From an uncultured bacterium (GTDB lineage: Bacteria > Chlamydiota > Chlamydiia > Chlamydiales > SM23-39), in NCBI GenBank assembly GCA_963716985.1, contig OY970323.1, positions 352,001-416,000 of the forward strand: a DNA stretch of 64,000 bases, written 5' to 3'. The first letter of the stretch is position 1; every line of letters begins with the position of its first letter. The notes under the pieces are model-generated. The model was not told the origin of the DNA. It saw nothing but the letters and a program-made list of their open reading frames with translations, and searched no databases. A program made the translations under genes and the position numbers. Positions 31,230-39,192 of the stretch are shown here, piece by piece.

Positions 31230-31337
31230 TTTAAAATAATTTCTTTACATGTTGTTAAAATAATCTTTACTAGTTGACAAAGAAAAGTTTATTTAATACT
31301 TTTTTCTGTCTTTATCTTTTTCACAGAGGTGGGTCTA
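31230..31337 (+). promoter_or_regulatory. Duplicated promoter region, copy 2
   Basis: TTTAAAATAATTTCTTTACAT...TTGACA-N17-TACTTT; homologous to 25720-25825. Confidence 0.5.
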
Positions 31338-31429
31338 TGGGGATGTTGCTGCAACTTGCTCAGCAAAATCTGTTGAAGAGGTAAAGGTCGCAAGGAGTCC
31401 TCTTAAAAGAAATAGAACGGAGATATTCC

Positions 31430-32371
31430 ATGAAAAAAAAAATCATCCTCTTATTAGTTTTAAGCACGATCGGGATTCTTTCTTTTGCCATCTGGAAATT
31501 TTCTTCTCCAAGAAATTCTTGCGCGCTTCCGATTCACTTTTCCTCCGATTTTAATGTTGCCTATGCGACTGTAACGATCGAAGGGCAGACCTACTCTTTA
31601 GCTCTTGATCTTGGCATGGACTCCCAACTGTCTTTGAACAAAGATGTCTTGAAAAAGATCAAGGAAAAACAACCGTGTAACTCCATCGGGTATTATGACG
31701 TAAAAGGAAATCATTATGTGTCGGACAGCTACATCATCCCGGAAATCAAAATTGGAAGGCCGAGAATTTTTAATGTAACGATAAAAGAAGAGAACGAGGA
31801 ATATTTAAAGAATGTCCGTTTTCGATCGCCGAAAGATGAAAAAGCCCAACAGGAATTCGATCGAACCATTGTAGGAAGAATCGGTTCTGAAATGTTTTCC
31901 ATTGAGGGGCCAAGAGCATTATTTCTGGATTTGGGCCGATCGAAGGCTTTTGTCATTAAAGATATCGATCGTTTTCATGAAGACGGATATTCCATCGAGA
32001 AGATGGTCAAAATTCCCTATGAGCTAAATCAGGGTTTTGTCATCGAAGTAGAGACGGATTTTGGAAAAAAGAAGTTTTTGCTGGATACCGGTCTTGCTCT
32101 AAATAATGTCATTAGAGATTCTCTTGTGGATGAAAAATTTCCCACGCAAGTTGTAGACAATTGGAAATTGGTCACTTCTTCCAAATTTCAGTTTGGTGAT
32201 AAGGATTTTGGAAGTGAAAATTTTTTTCCATTCGCTATCAGCCCTATTATTGAAGGCATCGACGGTATTTTAGGGATGAGCTTTTTTAGGAAATATGCAG
32301 TTTTATTGGATTTGCAAAAAAAGGTAGCCTATATCTGCCCAAGTCAAACAACGAACAATTCAAGGAGATAA
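31430..32371 (+). CDS. Two-lobed retropepsin-like aspartyl protease, paralog of 26308..27243
   Basis: LDLG...VGRIG; LLDTG...IDGILGMSFFRKYAV, nearly identical to the paralog's C-terminus. Confidence 0.8.
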   Translation: MKKKIILLLVLSTIGILSFAIWKFSSPRNSCALPIHFSSDFNVAYATVTIEGQTYSLALDLGMDSQLSLNKDVLKKIKEKQPCNSIGYYDVKGNHYVSDSYIIPEIKIGRPRIFNVTIKEENEEYLKNVRFRSPKDEKAQQEFDRTIVGRIGSEMFSIEGPRALFLDLGRSKAFVIKDIDRFHEDGYSIEKMVKIPYELNQGFVIEVETDFGKKKFLLDTGLALNNVIRDSLVDEKFPTQVVDNWKLVTSSKFQFGDKDFGSENFFPFAISPIIEGIDGILGMSFFRKYAVLLDLQKKVAYICPSQTTNNSRR

Positions 32372-32373
32372 AT

Positions 32374-32814
32374 ATGAAAAAATTATGTCTCTTACTTGTT
32401 TTTTTCTGTTTTGCCACAAGCCTATTTGCCAAAAAGGATCAGCATCATTCATCCGAAAATCAAAAGAGTTCCCATGAAAAAGTGAAAGAGAAAACCATCG
32501 AGGATCATTGGAATGATTGGAAAAAAGATCCCTATTCCAGTTTCAATGAGACATCCTCTTCAAAACAGGGCAAGGTTCAGAACTCAAAAAAAGGGGAGAA
32601 GGATTTTTATCAATGGGATTTCAAAAAGAATTGGCAGGATTCCCCAGATTTTTCTTTTAAAGAGCAAAAAACCTCAAATGGCAAAAAGATCGGCCCCGAC
32701 AGCTATGAAAGAACTCTTTATAAAAATAAGAATAACGAAGTGACCGTTCAGGCCAAAAAAGATGAAAAGAATAGTGTTTCCGTTTCAGTTAGGCACAAAT
32801 GGAATTCTGATTGA
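32374..32814 (+). CDS. Secreted hypothetical protein
   Basis: Signal peptide MKKLCLLLVFFCFATSLFA; internal repeat WNDWKKDPYSSF / WDFKKNWQDSPDFSF; C-terminal SVSVSVRHKW. Confidence 0.7.
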   Translation: MKKLCLLLVFFCFATSLFAKKDQHHSSENQKSSHEKVKEKTIEDHWNDWKKDPYSSFNETSSSKQGKVQNSKKGEKDFYQWDFKKNWQDSPDFSFKEQKTSNGKKIGPDSYERTLYKNKNNEVTVQAKKDEKNSVSVSVRHKWNSD

Positions 32815-32951
32815 GGAGTGAGCCTTATCCTGCTTCTGTCTCAGCTGAAATCGCGAGCATTATCGGGGAAATTCTTTTCTATGCGGCGGCAGCGGGCATA
32901 CTTTCATGTCATTATTCTAAAAAATAATCATGACTGCTCATAAAGTTGAGA

Positions 32952-33487
32952 GTGCGACACGAACTTAACCAGATCAAGGAGAAAGGGTTAAGGTGCTTTA
33001 AGAAAGATGAGGGAAGGCCCCTTGCATCAATCAGACCTAGAGGAGTTGCGTATAAAGGGAGAACGTTTACGGGATTTAATCCAGGCGTGAGCAATAAGGC
33101 AAAGAAGAAGATGTACGAGACTATCAGGAATTGGAGATTGCATCTGGCCACTCGGAAAACGTTGGAAGAACTGGCCAGTGAAATCAATCCGGTAGTACGA
33201 GGGTGGATCAATTACTATGGCAGATTTTTCAGATCTGAAATGAGCCCAGTCCTTTATCACATCAATGAGGAATTAACGAGATGGGTAAAAAGGAAGTATA
33301 AAAAGATGAGAGGACACTTTGGAAGAGCCATGAATCTGTTGGGGAAAGTTGCGAAAAACAATCCTCAGCTATATGTGCATTGGAAAATGGTGAAACCTCC
33401 TTGCTGAATAATAAGAGCCGTATGAAACGAGAGTTTCACGTACGGATCTGTGGGAGCCTAGGGGGAAGTTCCCTTGGGCTACCCGAC
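32952..33487 (+). mobile_element. Internally deleted group II intron
   Basis: 5' GTGCGACACG at 32952; domain V GAGCCGTATGAAACGAGAGTTTCACGTACGGATC (33415-33448); domain VI GGGAGCCTAGGGG...CCCTTGGGCTACCCGAC; maturase fragment in between. Confidence 0.85.
33033..33407 (+). pseudogene. Group II intron maturase (domain X) fragment without the RT core
   Basis: INPVVRGWINYYGRF, LTRWVKRKYK, PQLYVHW; no YADD motif. Confidence 0.88.
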
Positions 33488-33685
33488 TATTAAACCGAGG
33501 GCATTTCTGCATTGTTCAAAGTGCCGATGGTCGAGGAAGCGTTGAGTTGAACAGAAATGGATCTTACCTCGGGAAGATGGAAAAATTGATGAAAAAACTC
33601 TTCGGTGCGGAAAAAAAGTGCGGAAAAAAGGATATGACATAAATATCGAGCATATATAAAATTTTTTTCCAAAATAAGGAGGGAT

Positions 33686-34141
33686 ATGAAAGCTGTTTCA
33701 GGAACGAAAGGTGGTTTTTTTGGGTTTGGGATTTTTAGAGAAACAGTTGCCATTTCGGTTCCGGCAACAATAGCTGCGGGAGTTGTTCTCGGTCCCATGG
33801 GTGCCATAATAGTAGGTTCGGGCGTCTTGTATGGGATACACGAACTTTGGCAAGTAAAGGTGGATGCAATCAATCAAGAGGAAGGGGGGAAAAAAGATAG
33901 AAGAGAAAAAGCCCTTGCCGATTGCTATCTTTACACCATTTTAATATGCGCGGCTTTTGGATTAACAATATTTTCAAAAATGGCGGAATCCAATTTTTGC
34001 GTTACCCATAGGGAAATTATGTGCGTTATCAACAAAATTGCTACTTTTACCCTACCCGCTTTCATTCCTTTCGCCCTGATTGGACTGGGATACAGATTTT
34101 GTAAATATATGTGGGGGCAAGATGCAAATATTACTAGTTAA
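33686..34141 (+). CDS. Inc-like multi-TM protein
   Basis: Two hydrophobic hairpins; CVTHREIMC loop; AGGAGG RBS. Confidence 0.65.
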   Translation: MKAVSGTKGGFFGFGIFRETVAISVPATIAAGVVLGPMGAIIVGSGVLYGIHELWQVKVDAINQEEGGKKDRREKALADCYLYTILICAAFGLTIFSKMAESNFCVTHREIMCVINKIATFTLPAFIPFALIGLGYRFCKYMWGQDANITS

Positions 34142-34488
34142 CATTGGAACAACGCATTCCAATCGCTCTGCCTATAGAGCGCGAAAGATTCCTACAGAAG
34201 AACGTATATTCAATGTTGTGATTGTTGCAGTCGCAATATTTAGCATGATCATTGCTGGAGTTTGTTCGGTGAATGTGACGAATGTCCTTGCCATGCGAAG
34301 GATCGTTCAGATAATTTCTACACGTTAGTATTTGATGGCCTTTTGCCAGCGCCGGGAAAGGGACCCTCTTCCGGAGCCGTTGTTTTTGGAAATGTTTTGA
34401 CTCTATTTTCAGGTCTGTCGTTTCGATCTTTTTAAACGTTTTCGCGATCTTAAGCAGAGCGCAAATCTATCGATCCTTTTTGGAACAA

Positions 34489-35346
34489 CTACAATGTGGC
34501 CGGAGCTGCTTCTCGAATCGTTTTTTCGATCACCTGCAGCCAAGAGATCGATTCTTTGGAAAGCTGCGTCATCACGAAGTACCAGGCGACAGCCAAGAGC
34601 CCGAGGCCAATCCAGGATTTGAGCGAAATCCCTAAGAAAACAATCTGTACCTGGGGCGCCAGTCGATTGGTAATGCCTAAAAACATCTCGCCCATCAAAA
34701 TGCCGATGATCGAAGGGGCGCCGAGTTGAATAGAAATGGTGATGATCTGATCGATCAGGTGGAGAATAACCTTCCAAAAAGAGATGTTTAAGGAAAAAAA
34801 TGCGGGATTGATCACCTGATCAATCGGAATGAGTTGGAAAGACCTGGCGAGCGCATCGATGAAAAAAAGAGGTCCTCCAATAAAAAAAAAGGTGGCAATC
34901 AATACGTAGTTATAAAAAACACCTACGGGCCCCGTTTGCATATTGGTGGTGGGCTCTGTCAATTGCAGGGAGGAAGAGCCCCGAATGTGGTCGATGAGGC
35001 TTCCCGAAGATTGTGCGATGTAAAAGGGGGCGGCTGCAAGAAACGCTAAGATAAATCCAATGAGAATCTCCTTGAGCATAAAACCGATAAACACCATGTC
35101 AAAAGGAAGATTTTGTTTCAAAGTCAAAAGCGAGTGAGGAAGAAGAATGGCCGCAATCGAGATGCTGAACATGACGCGCACGCTGATCGGGACCATTTTC
35201 GTTCCAAAAAAAGGGACGAGCACCATGATGGGAAGCAAACGGGCCATCAGAAGAAAGAGCACGGACAAAAGAGTATTTGGAGAGAGGTTGGGAATTTGCA
35301 GAATAAGGGAGAGATAGCTGTCGGTGGAAAGGGCGATATTTTCCAT
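34489..35346 (-). CDS. sctT: T3SS export apparatus protein SctT
   Basis: RLLPIMVLVPFFG, KEILIGF, AQSSGSLIDHIRG, NRLAPQVQI. Confidence 0.93.
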   Translation of the reverse strand: MENIALSTDSYLSLILQIPNLSPNTLLSVLFLLMARLLPIMVLVPFFGTKMVPISVRVMFSISIAAILLPHSLLTLKQNLPFDMVFIGFMLKEILIGFILAFLAAAPFYIAQSSGSLIDHIRGSSSLQLTEPTTNMQTGPVGVFYNYVLIATFFFIGGPLFFIDALARSFQLIPIDQVINPAFFSLNISFWKVILHLIDQIITISIQLGAPSIIGILMGEMFLGITNRLAPQVQIVFLGISLKSWIGLGLLAVAWYFVMTQLSKESISWLQVIEKTIREAAPATL

Positions 35347-35349
35347 TTT

Positions 35350-35619
35350 TTAAGGATTCCACTTAGGGAAATTCGTAAAAATATTCATCGCAAAATTTAT
35401 CACCTGCGCTCCGAGCCATCCTCCCATGAGGATCAGGGAAATCACGACGGCAAAAAGCTTGACCGTAAAGGAAAGCGTCTGCTCTTGAATCTGCGTGGCT
35501 GCCTGAAAAATGGCAACGAGTAGGCCGAGCACCATACTGATGATGATCGGGGGCCCCGATAGTATTAGAATGAGGAGAAGGGCCTGATAGGTGAGTTGAT
35601 AGATTTCGTTCGAAAACAT
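35350..35619 (-). CDS. sctS: T3SS export apparatus protein SctS
   Basis: GLLVAIFQAATQIQEQTLSFTVKL. Confidence 0.95.
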   Translation of the reverse strand: MFSNEIYQLTYQALLLILILSGPPIIISMVLGLLVAIFQAATQIQEQTLSFTVKLFAVVISLILMGGWLGAQVINFAMNIFTNFPKWNP

Positions 35620-35634
35620 TCCCTTTTTCCCTTC

Positions 35635-36387
35635 TTATTTAAAGGTCATGACAAGGCCTTGCACCAGGATCGTCCAACCATCAATCATCACGATCAAAAG
35701 CAGTTTGATGGGCAAAGCAATGGTGAGGGGTGAGAGCATCATCATCCCCATAGCAAGGAGAATATTGGAAGTGACCAGATCAATGACGAAAAATGGTAAG
35801 TAGATCAATACGCCAATCTCAAAGGCCCCTTTGAGCTGGCTGGTAATAAACGAAGGGATCATCACGATGAAGTCGGTGGGTTTGAGTTGCGTGCGGTAGG
35901 GTTCGGGAAAGACGCGGTTTGCCAGCTGGTAAAAAGAGGTCTGGTGCTTGGTGATGGTATTGCGAATGAGAAATTGACGGAGCGGCTCTTTGGACTTGTC
36001 GATCATTGCGATGATAAAAGCTGCCGATTCTTCGGAAAAGGCTTCCTTGGGAGCTTTGGGGAGCAGGTCCTTTGAGGCTTCATACATCGCAAGGCCCGTC
36101 GGAAACATGACGTAGATGGTCAAAAGAAGGGCAATGCCGTTAAGTACCTGGTTGGGCGGTGTTTGCTGGATGCCAAGAGCGTTGCGAAGAAGAGATAGGA
36201 CAACGATCATTTTGACAAAGGACGTTAAGAGCATGATGGCAAAGGGAAGCAGGGCAAGGCCTGCAAGCAGGGTCATTTTGGAGATGATCGTGGTCTCATT
36301 GGGGCCGGTCGCTTCTTGCGCATAGGCAGAGGAAAAAAAGAGAAGAAAAAGAGGGAGGAGAAAAAGGGTGGTTTTCCAAATGCGCAT
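35635..36387 (-). CDS. sctR: T3SS export apparatus protein SctR
   Basis: LRNALGIQQTPPNQ, YLPFFVIDLVTSNILLAMGMMMLSP, PIKLLL..DGW; likely start MRIWK at 36387. Confidence 0.95.
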   Translation of the reverse strand: MRIWKTTLFLLPLFLLFFSSAYAQEATGPNETTIISKMTLLAGLALLPFAIMLLTSFVKMIVVLSLLRNALGIQQTPPNQVLNGIALLLTIYVMFPTGLAMYEASKDLLPKAPKEAFSEESAAFIIAMIDKSKEPLRQFLIRNTITKHQTSFYQLANRVFPEPYRTQLKPTDFIVMIPSFITSQLKGAFEIGVLIYLPFFVIDLVTSNILLAMGMMMLSPLTIALPIKLLLIVMIDGWTILVQGLVMTFK

Positions 36388-36389
36388 GT

Positions 36390-37019
36390 TTACGACCTCT
36401 TTCCCTTGAACGATTTGAATGCGGACTCTAAAGCATTCCATTGATTTTCAAGCTGGGCATTGATGATGCCGGCTTCTGTTTCAATGATACACCCGCCTTT
36501 GAGCACATCGCTTCTTTCAAGAATGGAAAGGCTTTCCACTTCTTTTAAGATTTCTTTAATTCTGGGTTTTTCTTTTTCTAGGATCGCAAGATCTTCCTTA
36601 TTTGCATAGATTTTAATCTTTCTATGTTCTGTTACGGGTTTTAATGACTGGATGACAATGTCCACGATCCTTTCGGGCATCAGCTTGATCTCATTGCCTA
36701 AGATTTTTTTTGCCGCTTTCAGTGCGATCGGAAGGACCTGGTTTTGAAATTCGATTTTGAGGTTTTTGATCTCTTGATCGAGTTGCAGCAGGTGGGCATT
36801 GAAGCGAGACAGCCCCTCGTCAAAACCCTCCTTGGCCTTTCTTTCTTTGAGCTCAAGGCATTCCTTTTCTACTTCTTCTCGATACTTTTGTGCATCTTCT
36901 TGCGCCATTTTCAAGATTTCTTCGGCCGACAAAAGGGTAGAGCATGCGGACGCAGGGATGATGCGATCTTCAGCAGAGAGATGAATTTCCTCTTTCGAAA
37001 AGAGAGTAAAGAACTTCAT
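36390..37019 (-). CDS. sctL: T3SS stator protein SctL
   Basis: MKFFTL start, GGCIIETEAGIINAQL; position upstream of sctR. Confidence 0.92.
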   Translation of the reverse strand: MKFFTLFSKEEIHLSAEDRIIPASACSTLLSAEEILKMAQEDAQKYREEVEKECLELKERKAKEGFDEGLSRFNAHLLQLDQEIKNLKIEFQNQVLPIALKAAKKILGNEIKLMPERIVDIVIQSLKPVTEHRKIKIYANKEDLAILEKEKPRIKEILKEVESLSILERSDVLKGGCIIETEAGIINAQLENQWNALESAFKSFKGKRS

Positions 37020-37379
37020 TAAATTGACATCGCGGAAACCGACAGCCTTGTGCTGTCGGAGGAAGCGATGCTCCTTTGTTAATTGTTAAATATAGGGGTC
37101 TTGCGACCCCTATTAATGCCCGTAAGGGCCTTGTAACGGAACCTTTCGGTTCTCTCCCCTCGGCAATGTTACATAGCGGCCCTATACTCTAATCCGTTTC
37201 GTGCTTACCCTATCGCTTGTCTGCAACTAGAGTTTCGAGAGGGCAGAACTGAGGAAGCATTCTGCCGTCGGTCTTTTTAGCCTCTATATAACGTAGTTCT
37301 CTTGCGAGAACTGAGCCTGGTCAACCAGGGCTTGTTAGTCTTCTTTCAAGCCTCTCCCTTTATGGGAGGGGTGATTGAC
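37020..37379 (-). mobile_element. Non-autonomous IS200/605 (IscB-type) element carrying only an omegaRNA/HEARO-like RNA
   Basis: Minus strand begins GTCAATCACCCC and ends just before ATGAAG; subterminal hairpins at both ends; no TSD; removing it restores a TCA-TGA stop/start overlap. Confidence 0.85.
37070..37379 (-). ncRNA. omegaRNA / HEARO-like structured RNA
   Basis: GTCAATC/GGTTGAC, GGCTTG/CAAGCC, GTTGACCAGGCTCAG, CTACGTT, GGCAGAA-TGCTTCCTCAG-TTCTGCC with pseudoknot partner GAGGGGAG, AACATTGCCGAG, several GNRA hairpins, terminal AAAGGAG. Confidence 0.82.
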
Positions 37380-38245
37380 GAGCCGTCTTCTTGGTTAGTG
37401 TTGATCAGAGACAAAATCTCTTCAATATCGGCGACAATCTTGGAGGCAATTTTCGGTTCTTCTTTTTTTGTGGCGTTGCGAAACAAAAGATTGCCTCGTC
37501 CAATATCCAACCGGTGGCAAATATACCATATCAGATGCACGTGTTGAATGGAAAGAGCTTTTGCAAGGCGAAGAAGCCCCCGTTTGTGGAGCATGAGGCG
37601 CAGCGAGTCTTTCGTTTCGTCCCATTTTTCTAAACCGAGCGGAAGCGAGGTAAAAGACTCTTTAATAGAGCGCTTAGACTTTAAAAATTTGGCCTCGGCT
37701 TTTGTAAGCGAGCCTTCAATTTTTTTGAGGGTGGTTGTGGCGAGTATTTTTTTCATTTCGATCGCCAAATCATAAAGAGCCAGAAGATCGATGAGCTGCA
37801 AGAGCCTGTTTTTGCTAAAGGTAGAAAGGATGTTCAGAGAAGAGGGGGGAAGGTAGTTTTTCGGGAGTATCTCCTTTTCCTCTCCCAAAAGGCTGGAGAG
37901 GAGAATGTGTCGAAAGAATCGCTTGGCCGGCTTTGAGAGTTTTTCAATTCCCGGATGTATGTGAAGAAGAGGGGCAATTTTTTCCACGTAGGATCCGGGC
38001 AGGCTTAAAAGGAAAAGCGAGGCCTCTTTGTTCGAATAACTTTTTAGAGTTGGCAAAAACCAAGAATAGTGTGTTTCCAAAATCAGGGAATCGAAAACAA
38101 AGTCTTGGGGGTCGAAAGAGAGAGGGGAAATCTCGATTTTTTCCAGATCTTCTAAATCCATTTCTGGAAGAAACGCGGCGAGCTCATTTTTTCTCCCTGA
38201 GCGTTCCAACAGTACTTTGAGAAGGGTGAGTGAAGAGAGGTTCAT
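37346..38245 (-). CDS. T3SS-associated protein between sctJ and sctL (CT560/SctK-like)
   Basis: HYSWFLP, LALYDLAIE, LHKRGLLRLAKAL, WYICHRLDIGRG; position in the operon; last ~10 aa come from the inserted element. Confidence 0.8.
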   Translation of the reverse strand: MNLSSLTLLKVLLERSGRKNELAAFLPEMDLEDLEKIEISPLSFDPQDFVFDSLILETHYSWFLPTLKSYSNKEASLFLLSLPGSYVEKIAPLLHIHPGIEKLSKPAKRFFRHILLSSLLGEEKEILPKNYLPPSSLNILSTFSKNRLLQLIDLLALYDLAIEMKKILATTTLKKIEGSLTKAEAKFLKSKRSIKESFTSLPLGLEKWDETKDSLRLMLHKRGLLRLAKALSIQHVHLIWYICHRLDIGRGNLLFRNATKKEEPKIASKIVADIEEILSLINTNQEDGSSITPPIKGEA

Positions 38246-38258
38246 CGAGGAGCTCTCT

Positions 38259-39116
38259 TTAAGGTTTATTTTCTTCTTTCTCTTTTCTTTCCTTTTGCAG
38301 GTAGGGATAAAACTTGTAAATGAGCCACCCTGTCATAAGGCCGAAGAGAAGGATCAAGCAAAGAAGAAGGGTAAAGAAAAAACGGAAGCGAGCAGAGGAG
38401 TCTTTGGTCATCACAATCGACCAGATGCTCACGTAATCATCTTTTTTATGGCCGAGGATTTTATTCCCTTTGAACTGAATGTCGGAGAAGCGCGAGCGAT
38501 CCGATATAACGGAAACATCTTCGAAATCAAGCCCTTCAATACTTCCGGCAACGAGTCGTTTGATTTTGGATTCGAGATGGTTGTTGGGATCGTCAAGCAC
38601 GCCTTGATGTTTGATATAGACGGCGGCTTTGATTTTAGGCTTTACCGCTCCCGGCAGAAGTCCTTCCGTGGAGGCAAAGGAGATCCGCACGTCGGCATCG
38701 AGAACGCCATCGATTTTACGGATGATGTTTTTTAGCTCCTCTTCCTGTCCTGCTTGATAGCGGATGGTTTCTTCCTTGTCGGAGGTCATGAGTCCTTGTT
38801 TGGCGAAAAGCTCTAAGAGAGTCGCTCCCTTTCTACGAGGAAGGCCATACTGGTTGAGGATGGCCATGGCCCCATTCATCTGCTTTTCTTCGACGGTGAT
38901 ATTCCATAGGTTGGCAGGCGTCCCTCCGGCGCCGGCGCTTTCTGCGGCCTTCATCTTCTGGGCATCGATTCCTTTAGATCCTAAAAAGACGATGATTTCA
39001 TTAGCTTCCCTCTCGTCAATATTATTTACGATCGGTTCATGTTTCTGACATCCGCCGAGAAATAAAGAAAAAAACAAGATAAGAACAAAAGAAAGGCGCA
39101 GAGAAAAGGAGTTCAT
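38259..39116 (-). CDS. sctJ: T3SS inner-ring lipoprotein SctJ
   Basis: Lipobox LGGC, EREANEI, GLPR, IDGVLDADVRIS, IKRLVAGSIEGL, C-terminal TM. Confidence 0.94.
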   Translation of the reverse strand: MNSFSLRLSFVLILFFSLFLGGCQKHEPIVNNIDEREANEIIVFLGSKGIDAQKMKAAESAGAGGTPANLWNITVEEKQMNGAMAILNQYGLPRRKGATLLELFAKQGLMTSDKEETIRYQAGQEEELKNIIRKIDGVLDADVRISFASTEGLLPGAVKPKIKAAVYIKHQGVLDDPNNHLESKIKRLVAGSIEGLDFEDVSVISDRSRFSDIQFKGNKILGHKKDDYVSIWSIVMTKDSSARFRFFFTLLLCLILLFGLMTGWLIYKFYPYLQKERKEKEENKP

Positions 39117-39192
39117 AAAATGGTCATTTTTTGATTCCGGCTCCAGAAACCCCTTTATAGCATGTTTCCGGCTTTGAGCTGAATGATTTTTT

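Noticed and set aside
32820..32927. Short hydrophobic frame ending ...ILSCHYSKK*
   Set aside because: No start codon and too short to assign; possibly a gene remnant.
32946..33032. N-terminal part of the 153-aa ORF as a real protein start
   Set aside because: It is read from the IS end and the intron's 5' RNA; maturase similarity begins only at RPRG.
37092..37113. Strong hairpin ATAGGGGTC-TTGC-GACCCCTAT as a stand-alone terminator or riboswitch
   Set aside because: It lies inside the omegaRNA element, has no good U tract on the operon strand, and is better explained as one of the RNA's stems.
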